A DNA stretch of 64,000 bases from a virus (Duplodnaviria; Caudoviricetes). Location of the stretch: IMG/VR virus record IMGVR_UViG_3300037295_000263, positions 1-64,000 of that record. One strand, 5' to 3'. Shown here piece after piece: positions 11,801 to 22,000 of this stretch. The position numbers and the translations under genes were made by a program. Numbering within the stretch: the first letter of the stretch is position 1; each line of letters starts with the position of its first letter. Under the pieces are notes generated by a model, which made no database searches, was not told the DNA's origin, and worked only from the letters and a program-made list of their open reading frames with translations.

Positions 11801-12990
11801 CCATTTAACATAAAGATCTGGAAACAAGACACAATTTGAGAGTATGCATTATTGATTACCCGCCATCCTGTACCACCAAAACTCAACATTGTAAATGCGT
11901 TAGACACCATGGACTTACCTTGTTCAGGCACTGATCCAATTACAGGGTTTTCTGCTTCTATTGAATTTCTAGGAATGTTTGGAGAATTAACTAAGCTTCC
12001 GTCAATTTTAACTCCGTTGCCTCCTAAGAAACTGATTAACGAACAATTTTGTATGTATGGCGAAGTAGTAATAGTAGGTTTAGATTCAGGCAAGTATGTA
12101 TACCCGACTCTGCTTGTTACAGTATCAGTAGGATCATCAAAAGACACACCATAATCGAATGTAAATTGAGGTACAAAGTTTTCATCTACTGAATCTCTAA
12201 AAGTAAATTCAGCAAAATAACTGCCATTCCTTACTCGTAGCATATCTCGTCCAGCATTAAGTGGTCGGATGATACAGCTACGCAATCCGTCGCCTTTAAC
12301 TACAACGTTATCGGGGACAATTAACGGATTGTTTTCACTATAATCTCCTGCAGCTACTTGAATTGCAATTTTCTTTCCGTTAGGAATTCCGTTGACTGTA
12401 TACACTAATGCCGACGATAATTGTAAAGCTCGCTTTATTGTTTTAACAGGTGCACTTTGCCCATCGTTAATATCGTTTCCGCGTTCTTGAGAAACATATA
12501 TTCGATTTCCTCCGTATATATCGCTATCTCGAAAACTTAATTGGCCGGCACCGTCAGTAATCATTACTTGACCTAGAGTGCCTGTGGCTGCCGGCATTGT
12601 CAATGTATAAGAATCTGCTAAGCTGTCTGGAGATTTTATACTGACGCCATTTACTCCGCTGGAAGTAGCTTCTTTTAATGTTAATTTTTTTGCATCTTCG
12701 ACCGCTAACTCTTCAAAAAATTGTAAAATTTCTTCAGAAAATCTAGCTACTTCAACACCGTTAACATCAACTTCTATAGCTGATAAATTTGGAGTTCCGT
12801 TGTCAACTGTACCGATTCGAGTTTGATTTTGGAAAATTTCTTTAGTAATATCATATACAGTATTGTCAGTTTTCTTTATATAGACTTTGCCATCTGAAAT
12901 ATTAACTGCGATTTGGCCTAATTCTAGTTGTTCTGGTGCAGGGACTTTGCCTGGTACGCTGCTGCGTATGTGTTTTACTTTTGAAGACAT
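5884..12990 (-). CDS. Giant tail fibre/spike-like virion protein (2368 aa) with a parallel beta-helix (pectin-lyase-like) region
   Basis: Uninterrupted ORF. The N-terminus (IRSSVPGKVPAPEQLELGQIAVNISDGKVY) resembles phage fibre/Mtd-type N-termini. It has a YVSQERGNDINDG...PVKTIKRA...GDYSENNP beta-helix entry motif and C-terminal 55-aa-type repeats. Confidence 0.8.
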   Translation of the reverse strand: MSSKVKHIRSSVPGKVPAPEQLELGQIAVNISDGKVYIKKTDNTVYDITKEIFQNQTRIGTVDNGTPNLSAIEVDVNGVEVARFSEEILQFFEELAVEDAKKLTLKEATSSGVNGVSIKSPDSLADSYTLTMPAATGTLGQVMITDGAGQLSFRDSDIYGGNRIYVSQERGNDINDGQSAPVKTIKRALQLSSALVYTVNGIPNGKKIAIQVAAGDYSENNPLIVPDNVVVKGDGLRSCIIRPLNAGRDMLRVRNGSYFAEFTFRDSVDENFVPQFTFDYGVSFDDPTDTVTSRVGYTYLPESKPTITTSPYIQNCSLISFLGGNGVKIDGSLVNSPNIPRNSIEAENPVIGSVPEQGKSMVSNAFTMLSFGGTGWRVINNAYSQIVSCFQIFMLNGVYTQSGGYVSITNSATNFGLYSLRSSGYNPGAFEFDRGYITETGSSGAEQTINVIGLGRKDPVEEFVTRFRDPEYKYVYDLLYANKDLLTADTVSWINSQISNDISPFTSSFIYDEAIFSNNLHIVIDAVASDVYSGGNSKTIEVGTLYHSGFLQLLVGKDETIAALNKVRDLAQDVVSIKTSLSNYTGSKFDIVSDIVNDPDAAPEVVDVTSISDITNTYKPASAEFTFNAEDDIDIVTNIFTIIDHGFNNGDAVIYNSDGNTPVGGLDNEQTYYIKLITTDEFSLTFDDSLEFDVNLLSLGTSTHKLISDLQEFYVNEILESHSIYQELFLSVGTYHFVPGRLITGTTGSAPNSAYVYSYNAVDRKLVVSVNEVTIGSSTIRNLFDNTSFINQDHTAPSPVTSIGITGTASVVGRGSARFTISSTKTGGALTTTGLTEKQIWFHRPSVVNSSAHTWEYAGSGTDYNALPQNGGNTRERFEQFAELPGRVYTSGTNELGDFKVGDFITAYNRTGNITFRNKVTVDELDALRLSVSDVVINEISTNVNLGDDEIGGASHTRLSTQLSIRSFLSNRLGNFIDKSVSTNAVPGALVQLNTNGQINTDLIPATRAFQSTVSPGYLSRLLQVQEVPSLDLTAGDIATEEYEQVELTLDSTVSGVDGDLVIQATSGATGYLKGNYTNSLNVLVASIDKTFINPFDTTNTISIAGSPTGAIPTVIGIVSEIIENFFLRSSNESQFLKLDVSAIYSFTNASISSIARVSNISTIVTSAPHGLTATSRIKITCSNDTFNKVTDVTVINATTFSYPNTGADVSTISASGTVNSVVSAADSGAQGEITQLNFGVLSNVDNINITVGSGYTPAAGSQTYELVSLTSVTGSGNGAKADITVADGEVIDVDLRRGGLDYSTGDTLSVNSSDIGGTGSNFEIDVVSVEKRIFIDILGGELFVATAGSIDFIRDNNALATVVNLTDSLINTFNASTNVNTSTEEITITGHALTSGDPLTYSSSPNTPLGGMLNNNVYYAKVIDLNTIELYEDYSLLNKLNILSTGTGLHSLTRYTVNLTDDSFFVEAHGYTTGDAVTIKGNDLPTIEGIQIPQTGNSYFVGSLTVNSFTLHSLRSDALSSINGLTINPEVIETTGNSTATFTPSNVRVTDVVNTSSRNKPNWNSLAVTNIDAANIISGTISTSRLGSSGSANTDTFLRGDSSWSVAVQTLSENANSPLTLTGPNISGNYYGNVVLDIERVNSSLGDSLYTNAGVAKFLKTQFFVGTGIEQGQVYIRDGVIDAGTLDGFDSSYFLNPANLTSPVPVNRGGTNLSAYNTGDLIYAQTSGTLGTLSIGRPNSILTSTGTAPQWSTRLDVARDIHVRSGDVTTNSKSTAQLFDTNPLSVNIGGSASTIALGNTSSSILTSQVNNYEAIASTSVTVNLKSQQVTTNATSNNGDIELRFSNTTLIRVGQVITGSASIQANTVIVGVTANSAYISKPLTGSVASLTSLTFSETPVSIGVKLGDQIKIVSSGITNLNGTWPVTGADISASSITVRTASNVTAAQIPVAGTVEKLSSLLIRNTSLVVGSSEAGLSPTSATIKGENAVGNNVQGGDLTLQPGLSTGNAAGGDFIVSTGNMLTSSAVQQSPTLRLTIDNLGNSIFTTVVDVRNTVKANSSTGITTDQLVFPLINDTATTVNFAGAASAVNIGSASGTTTIKNNAVVDLDLQIKGGDLTTNQTTFNLINNTATAVNFAGEATALIVGATTGLTTIRNKLLVKGDLQVDGTTVTINSTNISIDDPIFNLGGDTAPVIDDNKDRGISFQWFGAGSAKTGFFGFDDSKNAFTFVPDGTINAEVVSGTVGQVYVGSINLNDHSLTTTNEVIGITSASATPVDSWSAGGYRSGKYTLQVTCTAGTDANSYQTSEILVIHNNSISTLTDYAVIRTGNNLVTFTTDISGGNVRILAQATTGNTIKVKLARTIQTI

Positions 12991-13018
12991 TGCGAATTCC
13001 TATATAGTTGTGGGTCAG

Positions 13019-13038
13019 GGTGGGGAATATTCCCCACC
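13019..13038. promoter_or_regulatory. Perfect 20-bp palindrome GGTGGGGAATATTCCCCACC in the 5' leader of the 2368-aa gene
   Basis: Ten complementary pairs centred on 13028/13029, lying between the TAAATA at 13055-13060 and the start at 12990. Confidence 0.75.
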
Positions 13039-13054
13039 GCCCGTAATCACATAG

Positions 13055-13060
13055 TATTTA
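13055..13060 (-). promoter_or_regulatory. Putative late promoter TAAATA overlapping the stop codon of the 3469-aa gene
   Basis: The minus strand reads TAC TAA ATA C; the TAA is both the stop codon and the start of the motif. Confidence 0.6.
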
Positions 13061-16000
13061 GTATTCGCCTTCGTCTATGGTATCAGTCCATACTGGAACA
13101 TTATTAATATCGGTAGTAAGTATACCAAAACTAGTACTAGCATTCGATACTCCTGGGTCGCTTGCAGCAGTTACTAATAATCCATCTGCTGTATTTCCGT
13201 ACACTATTCCGTTTTCAGTAAATGTACTTTGCCCAGTTCCACCAAACTCCACTGCTAAGTCTGTAGTTAGAATTAACTCAGCAATGTTTGTACTACTTCC
13301 AATTCCGCCAATATTTACAGTAGACCCATTAGTAGTAGCAAGATTGACTGTACCAGTAGTTATACCTGCAAACAAGTTAACAGTGCCAGTTGACACAATG
13401 CTATCCACACTAACTGATCCGTTTGCTGTAGAATTTAAAACAATACTGTTGCCTGTTATTTCTGGTCCTACTAGAGTTGTGTTTGCTGCTGCTGCTGATT
13501 TTGCAATGTTAACAATAGTTGCTACATCGAATAAATTACCAGTTGTAACTGTAGTCGGCAGTAAATTAAATGTAGTTTGATTAGTTGTAATGTCACCGCC
13601 TTTAATTTGCACATCTAAATCAACAATTAAATTATTATTGACATTAGTTGTTCCTGCGCTTGACCCTATTTCAACTACAGTTGCTGCTCCCGCAAAATTT
13701 ACTGTGACAGCATTTGCATTTACAAGATTAAATGTTGTAGCAGTAGTTGTAACATCACCACCATTGACTGCTAAATCTCCAGTCAACAAACTATCTCCAG
13801 TTACAGCCAATGTATTGCTAAAAACGACTGCTCCGGTAGTGTTTAGTGTACCACCTATGTGAGCATTCTGGCTTATTCCAACACCGCCAGTTACAACTAA
13901 ACTTCCCGAAGTTGTATTAGTCGAGCTTGTATTTTGCAAAAAGGACATCGAATCAACAGATAGTTCTGCTGTTTTAATTCCATCATTGTAAAAATATAAA
14001 ATATTTTCGTTACTACCCGGACTAGTTTCTGGAATTATATATGTGTTTCCATCAACGTCTTTTACACCACCTAAACTTCCCCAAGCAGTTGCATATCCTT
14101 CAAATGTTGTTAACTCGGTATTATATCGAATCATTCCAGGAACAGGAATCGCAGCACGTTGTGATGTTACACCTACTGGAATAGTTATGTGACTTGTGCT
14201 GTCAAATACAGTTTCTTTATTATTAATTGTTAATGTACCAGTAGCAGCACCGATTTCAATAGCAGTTGCTGCGCCTGCAAAGTTTACTGTGGCAGCATTT
14301 GCATTTACAAGATTAAATGTCGTAGCAGTAGTTGTAACATCGCCACCATTAACAGCCAGATCGCCAGTTAACAATTGATTTACAAATTGAGGACTTGCTC
14401 CTGAATGTATATCTTGCGGTAAACTAATTGTTATGTTAGCAGTTTCTAATCCGCTGTTATCGACAACAACTTGATTAGCTGTACCCGTTACTGTAGCAAT
14501 GTAACTTCCACTAGTTTCAGTTCCTAATACAACATCTCTTCCTGTATTTTGTATAATAAATCGTGTACCGGTTCCGTTATCTAACGTCCAATATCCATTA
14601 GTTTCATCCCAAATAACTGATGAATTTGCTAAATCTCCTCGATTAACTTCTATTCCAGAATTTTCAGTCGGCGTACTTCCTTGATAATTGCTGTTAAGGG
14701 TTATAATATTGTCTGCTACAAACAATTCTTCTGTGTTAACCGTTGTAGTAGTTCCAGAAACTGTTAAGTTGCCGTCAATAATAACATGATTATTAAAAGA
14801 TGTAGTTCCAATAGCAGAGCCGATAATTACATTATCTGCAGCGCCTGCAAAGTTTACTGTGGCAGCATTTGCATTTACAAGATTAAATGTAGTAGCTGCA
14901 GTTGTTAAATCGCCACCATTTACAGCCAAGTCACCAGTAACGACAGTATTAGCATTACGGATAGTAGTTGTACCAGTAGTTGCTCCGATGTTGGTCGAGG
15001 TAGCTTCTCTAGCAAAATTTACAGTTGTTGCAGTTGTATCTACTAAATTAAAAGTAGTTTGATTAGTAGTTAAATCTCCACCGTTGGCTGCTAAATCGGC
15101 AGACACAATTAATTTATTTCTAACAGTAGTTGTACCTGTAGTGGATCCTATGCTGATTAAAGTTGCTGCGTTAAATGCATTTATTGTAGTTGCTGTGTCG
15201 TTTAATAAATTAAACGTCATTCTGTCTGTGGTTAAATTATTGCCTTTAATTTGTAAACTTCCGTCTAACACAACATTAGCATTGCGTATTGTTGTAGTTC
15301 CAGTAGCAGCACCGATATTAATTACAGAGCCTGCTCCTGCAAAATTTACAGTAGCAGCATTCGCATTTATAAGATTAAATGTTGTAGCAGTAGTTGTAAC
15401 GTCGCCACCATTTGCAGCAACATCCAATATAACTTCTAAGTTATTTCTAACTGTAGTTGATCCCGATGATGCTCCAATTGTAACAGCAGTAGCTGATCCG
15501 AATGCGTTAACAGTTGTAGCTATCGCATTAACTAAATTAAAAGTAGTTTGGTCAGTAGTGACACTGCCACCTTTAACTTCTAAATTTCCTTTTACAGAAA
15601 CATTTCCGCTAGATGCAACAGACAACAACAGAGATCCGTTAGATAAATCAACTGGTGTTACTCCTGAATTATTTCTAATTTCAAAAGTAGTATTAACTCC
15701 AGTTGATCCGATAACAAATTTATTACTAGTTGACGATCCGGTAACTCCTACGTAGTTGTTAAACTCGCCAGTAACTCCTAGTGCTAATATTGTTCCAGTC
15801 CGACCCGAACCTGAACTAAATGTATATCCTGTTTGTGTGGCAGTGTTCGAAATATCATAATCAGTATTAACACTAAAACCGTTAGCACCTTGATTATAAA
15901 ATATTACATCACTGCCTAGTCTAAAGTCACCGTCTACATTTAAATTATTATTAACTGTAGTACTACCTGTACTGGCTCCTATTTCAATAGCAGTTGCTGC

Positions 16001-19000
16001 ACTTGCAAAATTTACAGTAGTTGCTGTTGCATTTACAAGATTGAATGTTGAGGCAGTAGTTGTTAAGTCGCCACCATTTACAGCAATGTCTCCTGAAATT
16101 GCAGCGTTTCCAACTAATGATAAATTACCTGCTGCACTCAATCGCATTAATTGAACAGTTTCTCCGTACCACTTAAATCCTTGTTGTTCGTTATTGGAAT
16201 CAACACCCATCCATACGTGATCACTTTCTGCACCTATTGCATAATTTGTTTTTGTTAAATTGTCAAAGTCATATAACCTAACACGCTCGCCTGCATAATT
16301 TCCAATGGTAGGTGCTTGGAGTACAGTACTAGATGAAAGGAATGCATTTGCTGTAATGTCTCCATTTAAGCTAATGTCCCCTTGTACATCAAGGTTCCCG
16401 CCAACGTTAAGATTTTTAACAATTGCTGCTCCGCCCTTAACTACTAGTGAGCCTGAATTAATATCAGAACTTTGTGTTGTTCCTTTTAATGTAATAGTTG
16501 ATGCTAGTGATCCTATATTAACTGCGTTAGCATCGCCAAATGCATTTACAGTAGTCGCTGTGGAATTTAATAAATTAATAGTTGCTAATGAAGTTGTAAT
16601 ACTTCCGCCATCGACATTAATATTACCATCGACGTCTAAATTATTATTGATACTAGTAGTGCCGGTAGCTGCTCCAATATCTATTAACGTAGCTGCTCCT
16701 GCAAAATTTACAGTTGTAGAATTTGTATTCAATAAGTTGAATGTCGACTGATTTGTAGTGAGGTCTCCGCCTTTAACTTGCAAATCTAAATCTACTATTA
16801 AGTTATTTTTTACATTTGTATTTCCACTAGTAGATCCTATATTAACAGCAGTTCCTGCTCCTGCAAAATTAATTGCAGATGCTGATGTATTAATTAAATT
16901 AAAAACAGACTGACTTGTAGTCAAATCTCCACCGTTAACTGACACATCACCTGTTACTATTAAATTATGTCTAACAGTAGTATCGCCCGTCAAGGATCCT
17001 ATACTTATTGCAGTGGCATCATTAGCAAAATTAACTGCGCCGACTGTCGAATTTAATAAATTAAAAATTGAAGCAGACGATGTTAAGTTTCCACCGTTGA
17101 CTGCTAAATTATTTCCAGCAGTTATATTTCTACCTGAAGTTACGTCTAATCCAGATACTAAACTGAATTCAATACCAACTCCGCCTTCTATAACAAGTGC
17201 ACCAGTATCCTTAGTAGTAGACTCGGTACTATTAAGTATTGATACTCGTGGAGCAGATCCAAATTCAATTAATTCTGCTGTATCAACAGTATTAATTTTT
17301 ACATATGAACTTAAATTTTCTACAATAGAAAAAGCTGAGCTAGAATTGTCCGGTAAGTCGATAATGACTTGTCCATTTATTGAAGTTGCATCAGATACTC
17401 TATTTTCACCTAGTGTCGAATTACCATCAACACGCAAGTTCGATCCTACCCATACTTGTTTAGCAACAGCTAATCCTCCAGCAAATGTTGCACCTGCGGT
17501 TATTGAGTTAGTTGCATCAGTTGTATTCAAAGATGTAAGTTTTGGCAAACTACCAAATACTACAAATTCAGAACTGTTAGTCGTATCTATTTTAAAATAA
17601 CTATTCAAACCTTCTTTAAAGTCTGCTGCAGCAGCAGTATTATCAGGCAGCGATGATGCTAGCGATCCTGTTATTGTAAAAATATCAGCAGTACTATTGC
17701 CTAGGGTCGAATTGCCGTCGACTATTAACGAATTTTTAATCGTAGTATTACCGGTAGCTGCGCCGATATTAACAGCAGTTCCTGTACCGAATGCATTTAT
17801 TGTTTGTACACCGGTATTCAACAAATTAAATGTTGTTTGATTAGTTGTTAAATCTCCGCCTTCTACTTGTAAGTCTGCATCTACTCTTAAATTATTTTTA
17901 ACTGTTGTGGTACCACTGGCAGCACCTATGTTGACAGCAGTGCCTGCTCCGGCCAAATTAACAGTAGTTGCTGTTGCATTTACAAGATTAAACGTTGTTT
18001 GATTAGTTGTTAAATCTCCGCCTTTAATTTGTAAGTCACCGTCAAGCACTACACTTGCATTTCTTATTGTAGTTGTACCAGTAAGTGCACCTATATTAAT
18101 CGTAGTAGCTTGACTACCGAAATTAACAGTCTCGACGGTTGTGTTGATTAAATTAAAGCTAGCGGCACTGGCTGTTAAATCTCCACCGTCGATATTAACA
18201 TCACCGTCTACGTCTAAGTTGTTGTTTACATTCGTAGTACCCGTTGCTGATCCAATTTGAATATCAGTAGCAGCGCCTGCAAAATTTACAGCAGTGGCTG
18301 TAGTATTAACAAGATTAAATGTAACGTTTGATGTTGTTAAATTGCCACCATTAACTGCTAAGTTTCGTGTAACCGTTGCATCTCTGTCAACTGTTAAATC
18401 AACTCCAACGGTAAGGCTCCGTTCGATTCCTGCTCCGCCTTCTACAACAAGAGCACCGGTATCTTTGCTTGAAGAATCTTTGATATTTAAAATTCTAACT
18501 ACCGGAGTAGTGCCAAAGTCTACATATTCGTTGTTGTCTGAGGTATCTATTTTAATATATGAACTTAAATTTTCACGAATTTCAAATACGTTTACTATGT
18601 TATCTGGCACATTAAAATTAGAAATTCCCGAAGCCGATAACAAATCAGTATTACGTTCATTTCCTAAAATAGTATTGCCGTCTACTGTTAAATTTAATCC
18701 TACAGTTAAATTCTTTTTAACACCAACACCGCCGTCTACAACAAGAGCACCTGTGTTTTTGTTTACCGAGTCGTCGGTATTAAGTATTTCTATGTTAGGC
18801 ACTGTTCCGAAAGTAACTTTCTCGAAACTGTTTACTGTATCAATTTTAAAGTAACTATCTGTTCCTTGCACAACATCGACAACTAAAGGCTCATTGTCTG
18901 GCAAATTAATATTCAATAAACCATTGATAGTAACAGTATCAGTTGTATCATCGCCTAACATTGTGTTACCGTTAACTGATAAGTCTTGCCCTACAAATAC

Positions 19001-22000
19001 ATCTTTGTCTACATACAGAGTATGATTGATTGTTGTTGCACCTGTTGCTGATCCAATAATAATAGTCTGAGCGTCTCCGCCTAAGTTAATAGTTTCTGTT
19101 TCGCTGTTGAGTAAATTAACAGTTTGAGAATTCGACTCTATTGAAGATTCTGAAGGAGTACTCGAAGTTAAAATAATATTCTGTTTAACTTCTAAGTTAT
19201 GGTTAACTGTAGTTACACCAGTATTAGAACCGATATTAATACTAGTTGCTGCATCGCCGAATACAATTGTAGTCGGAGTTGTATTTAAAATATTAAAAGA
19301 CGCTGCAGTGGTGTTTAAGTTGCCAACTGTTGATCCGTCAGTTCCTCTAATTAAAACGTTACCGTAAACATCGAGATCATTATTGATATTGGTAGTACCG
19401 TTAATACCACCTATGTTTACATTAGTTGCTTCTCCAGCAATATTTACGGTAGTAGCAGTAGTGTTAACAAGATTAAATATTGTTTGATCAGTTGTTACAT
19501 CGCCGCCGTTTATGCCAACATCTTTTAGGAATATTACATCACTTTCAACAGTTTGAGGAGTATCACTTTGTACTTTGTTTAAATATCTATTTTCAACATA
19601 CGCAGATACAGCACGTTGTGTAGGTACTGTTTTGCCATCTTGGAAACCAGTACTAGCAATTAACGCTGAATTATCACTTACTTCTTGTAACTGAACACCT
19701 ACAGGAACACCGTTTCTTCTGAACGGTCCTATAGATGATAGTCCAGACAGATTTAAGTTTTCTGCATTAATTGTAACTTCGCCTGTCAACGCATTTACTG
19801 TAAAAAATTGTCCGACTCTATAGTTTCCTACTTGGTCGCTGGTTACAGTAAATGCTTTTCCGTTATTAATTTCAACTCTTTCTTTTTCAGGATCTGGTTG
19901 TCCGCCAAAGAATGGTAATGCGTTGTACGTAACTCCTGCTCCAACATATTCCAGCGCAGTGCCGCCTGAAGATAAAGTCGATACGTTATGGAAGCTAGCA
20001 TTGGCTCCGTTGGTGACACTTTGAATTGGAGGGAATACTGAAACAGTTATTGTACCACCGAATGTAGTATTAATATAAAAAATAGTAGCTGTCTGTATTG
20101 ACGGCACATTAGCCAACACTATATCTCGTTCAACAAGGAAAGTCGAATCTCCGTATAAATCAAATTCTGGATTAGTCGGAATTTCCGGAACGTATCCAGG
20201 CCCGTGGTCTATTACATCGATAATTATTTGCAGTAATGTTGATACTTTAGCCGACGGACCTTCTGGATCTAATGGATCTCCTGTCAGTACAGAAACATCT
20301 TGTAAAGTAGTATTACCTGTTGACGGAACTATTTCTATATTACGTAGAATACTTTTTGAAATTTCTTTCCAATATTCGTATGCAGCCTGCGTCTCTTCGA
20401 TTTGTCCTAGAATCACGCTGCCTTCGGCATATGACAGTCCCGCTTCGCGAGTTTGGCTGTTGCCGCCATACATTAAGTCATAACTAATTGCATCGATAAT
20501 ATAAGAAATATCTCTGCGACAAGTTGCTTGATTATAATTAAAATTTCCGTTGTATTTGTCGTTTAAAAATTCAATAACATTAAATTTAATATTATCTAAG
20601 TCATTGATGATTAAACTTCTTTCTTCATTTCTAAAAGCAAATCTAGAACCATTAGCAAACGCTGGTACGTCCGGAGTTGGAATAGTTCCTGCACCAGATA
20701 CAATTGCATCGATTACTATATCTGTTAAATCTTCTGCTTTTAATGTTGCTACAATAGACCCTGCCGATAACGATACGTCTTGCACTGAAATGTTGCCTGC
20801 TGACTTTGTCCAACTGTCATCTGCGTCAATAACATATCCTAAAACTTCTTTTAGTCGAGTGTATGCACTGCTATGCTCTGATTGTTGAGAAGCTACAACA
20901 TTAGTCGAATTATTAAAAAACGATCTAGCAACATTAACAGTAGAACTATTACCACCATACAAAATATCAAACAATATCGAATCTGTTAAGTATTCTGTAT
21001 CTCTTGCCCATAATTCTGCGCTGTAATTAGCAGGAGTTAAATTTTCGGCAACAAATGCTACTATTTCAGATACAATAAACTCTCTGTTAACAAAGATTTG
21101 TTGTGCAGCATTTGTAATTCCCACGTTAACATTGTTAGGATTAGTATACTCAAATGCTGGCGCTCTTTGCGAATCTAATGTTGTTAGTACATCTGTAACA
21201 ATTTTAAAATTAGCTACAACAATACTTTTAGTTATTGGATCTCTTACTAATAATAGTGCTAGTTCTTTAGCTTTGTTTATTCCGTCAATAGTTTGTAACT
21301 TTTGTTGCTCGGTGACCGTTGATGAATAGCTTCGTAAATACGAAAATGCTGCTATTCTAGTTTGATGATTGGTTCCTAACACCATATCGTCTACAATAGC
21401 GCGAATTATCAGCTCTACATCTCTTTTACATTTTGTTTCGTTGTAAGAGAATGAAAATGCCGATGCTAACCATGCTACTATTTCGTCTTGAATAAATTGT
21501 CTGTTTGCATTTAATATTGCTGCGGCTTCAGGAAAACCTGCTTCAGCAGAAACAGGAGTATCCATAGTAACAGCAGGCGAAGCTGAGAGTCCTTGGTCTA
21601 TAATATTAATTACGATATCAAAATGATCAGCTATTAGTGTTTTTACTGTTGCATTAGAAGTTGAGTCGACTGTTAATGTTTTAGCTTGTGTTAGCGCAGC
21701 AATTGTTTGCGATTTTTGAAGACTAGTAACTTTACTAGAATATGATCGCAAGTATGACAAACCGGCAACCACTGTTCTATAATTAGTTCCGAGAACTATA
21801 TCTGCCATTACTGCATCAATTATAAGACCAACGTCTCTTATACATTTTTGTTCATCGTACCTAAATGTTTGGTTGTCGTTTAATGTTCCTGAAATGTAAT
21901 AACCCAACGGGTCATTATCTAACAACATTATACTACCAACTTGCGGTTTGCTAGATAAATTAGATAAATCGATTGTTAAATTTTTTGCCAAGTTAACTGT

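Noticed and set aside
12850-12990. Mtd-like N-terminus suggesting a diversity-generating retroelement
   Set aside because: No reverse transcriptase, and no non-coding template repeat differing only at adenines, is visible in this window.
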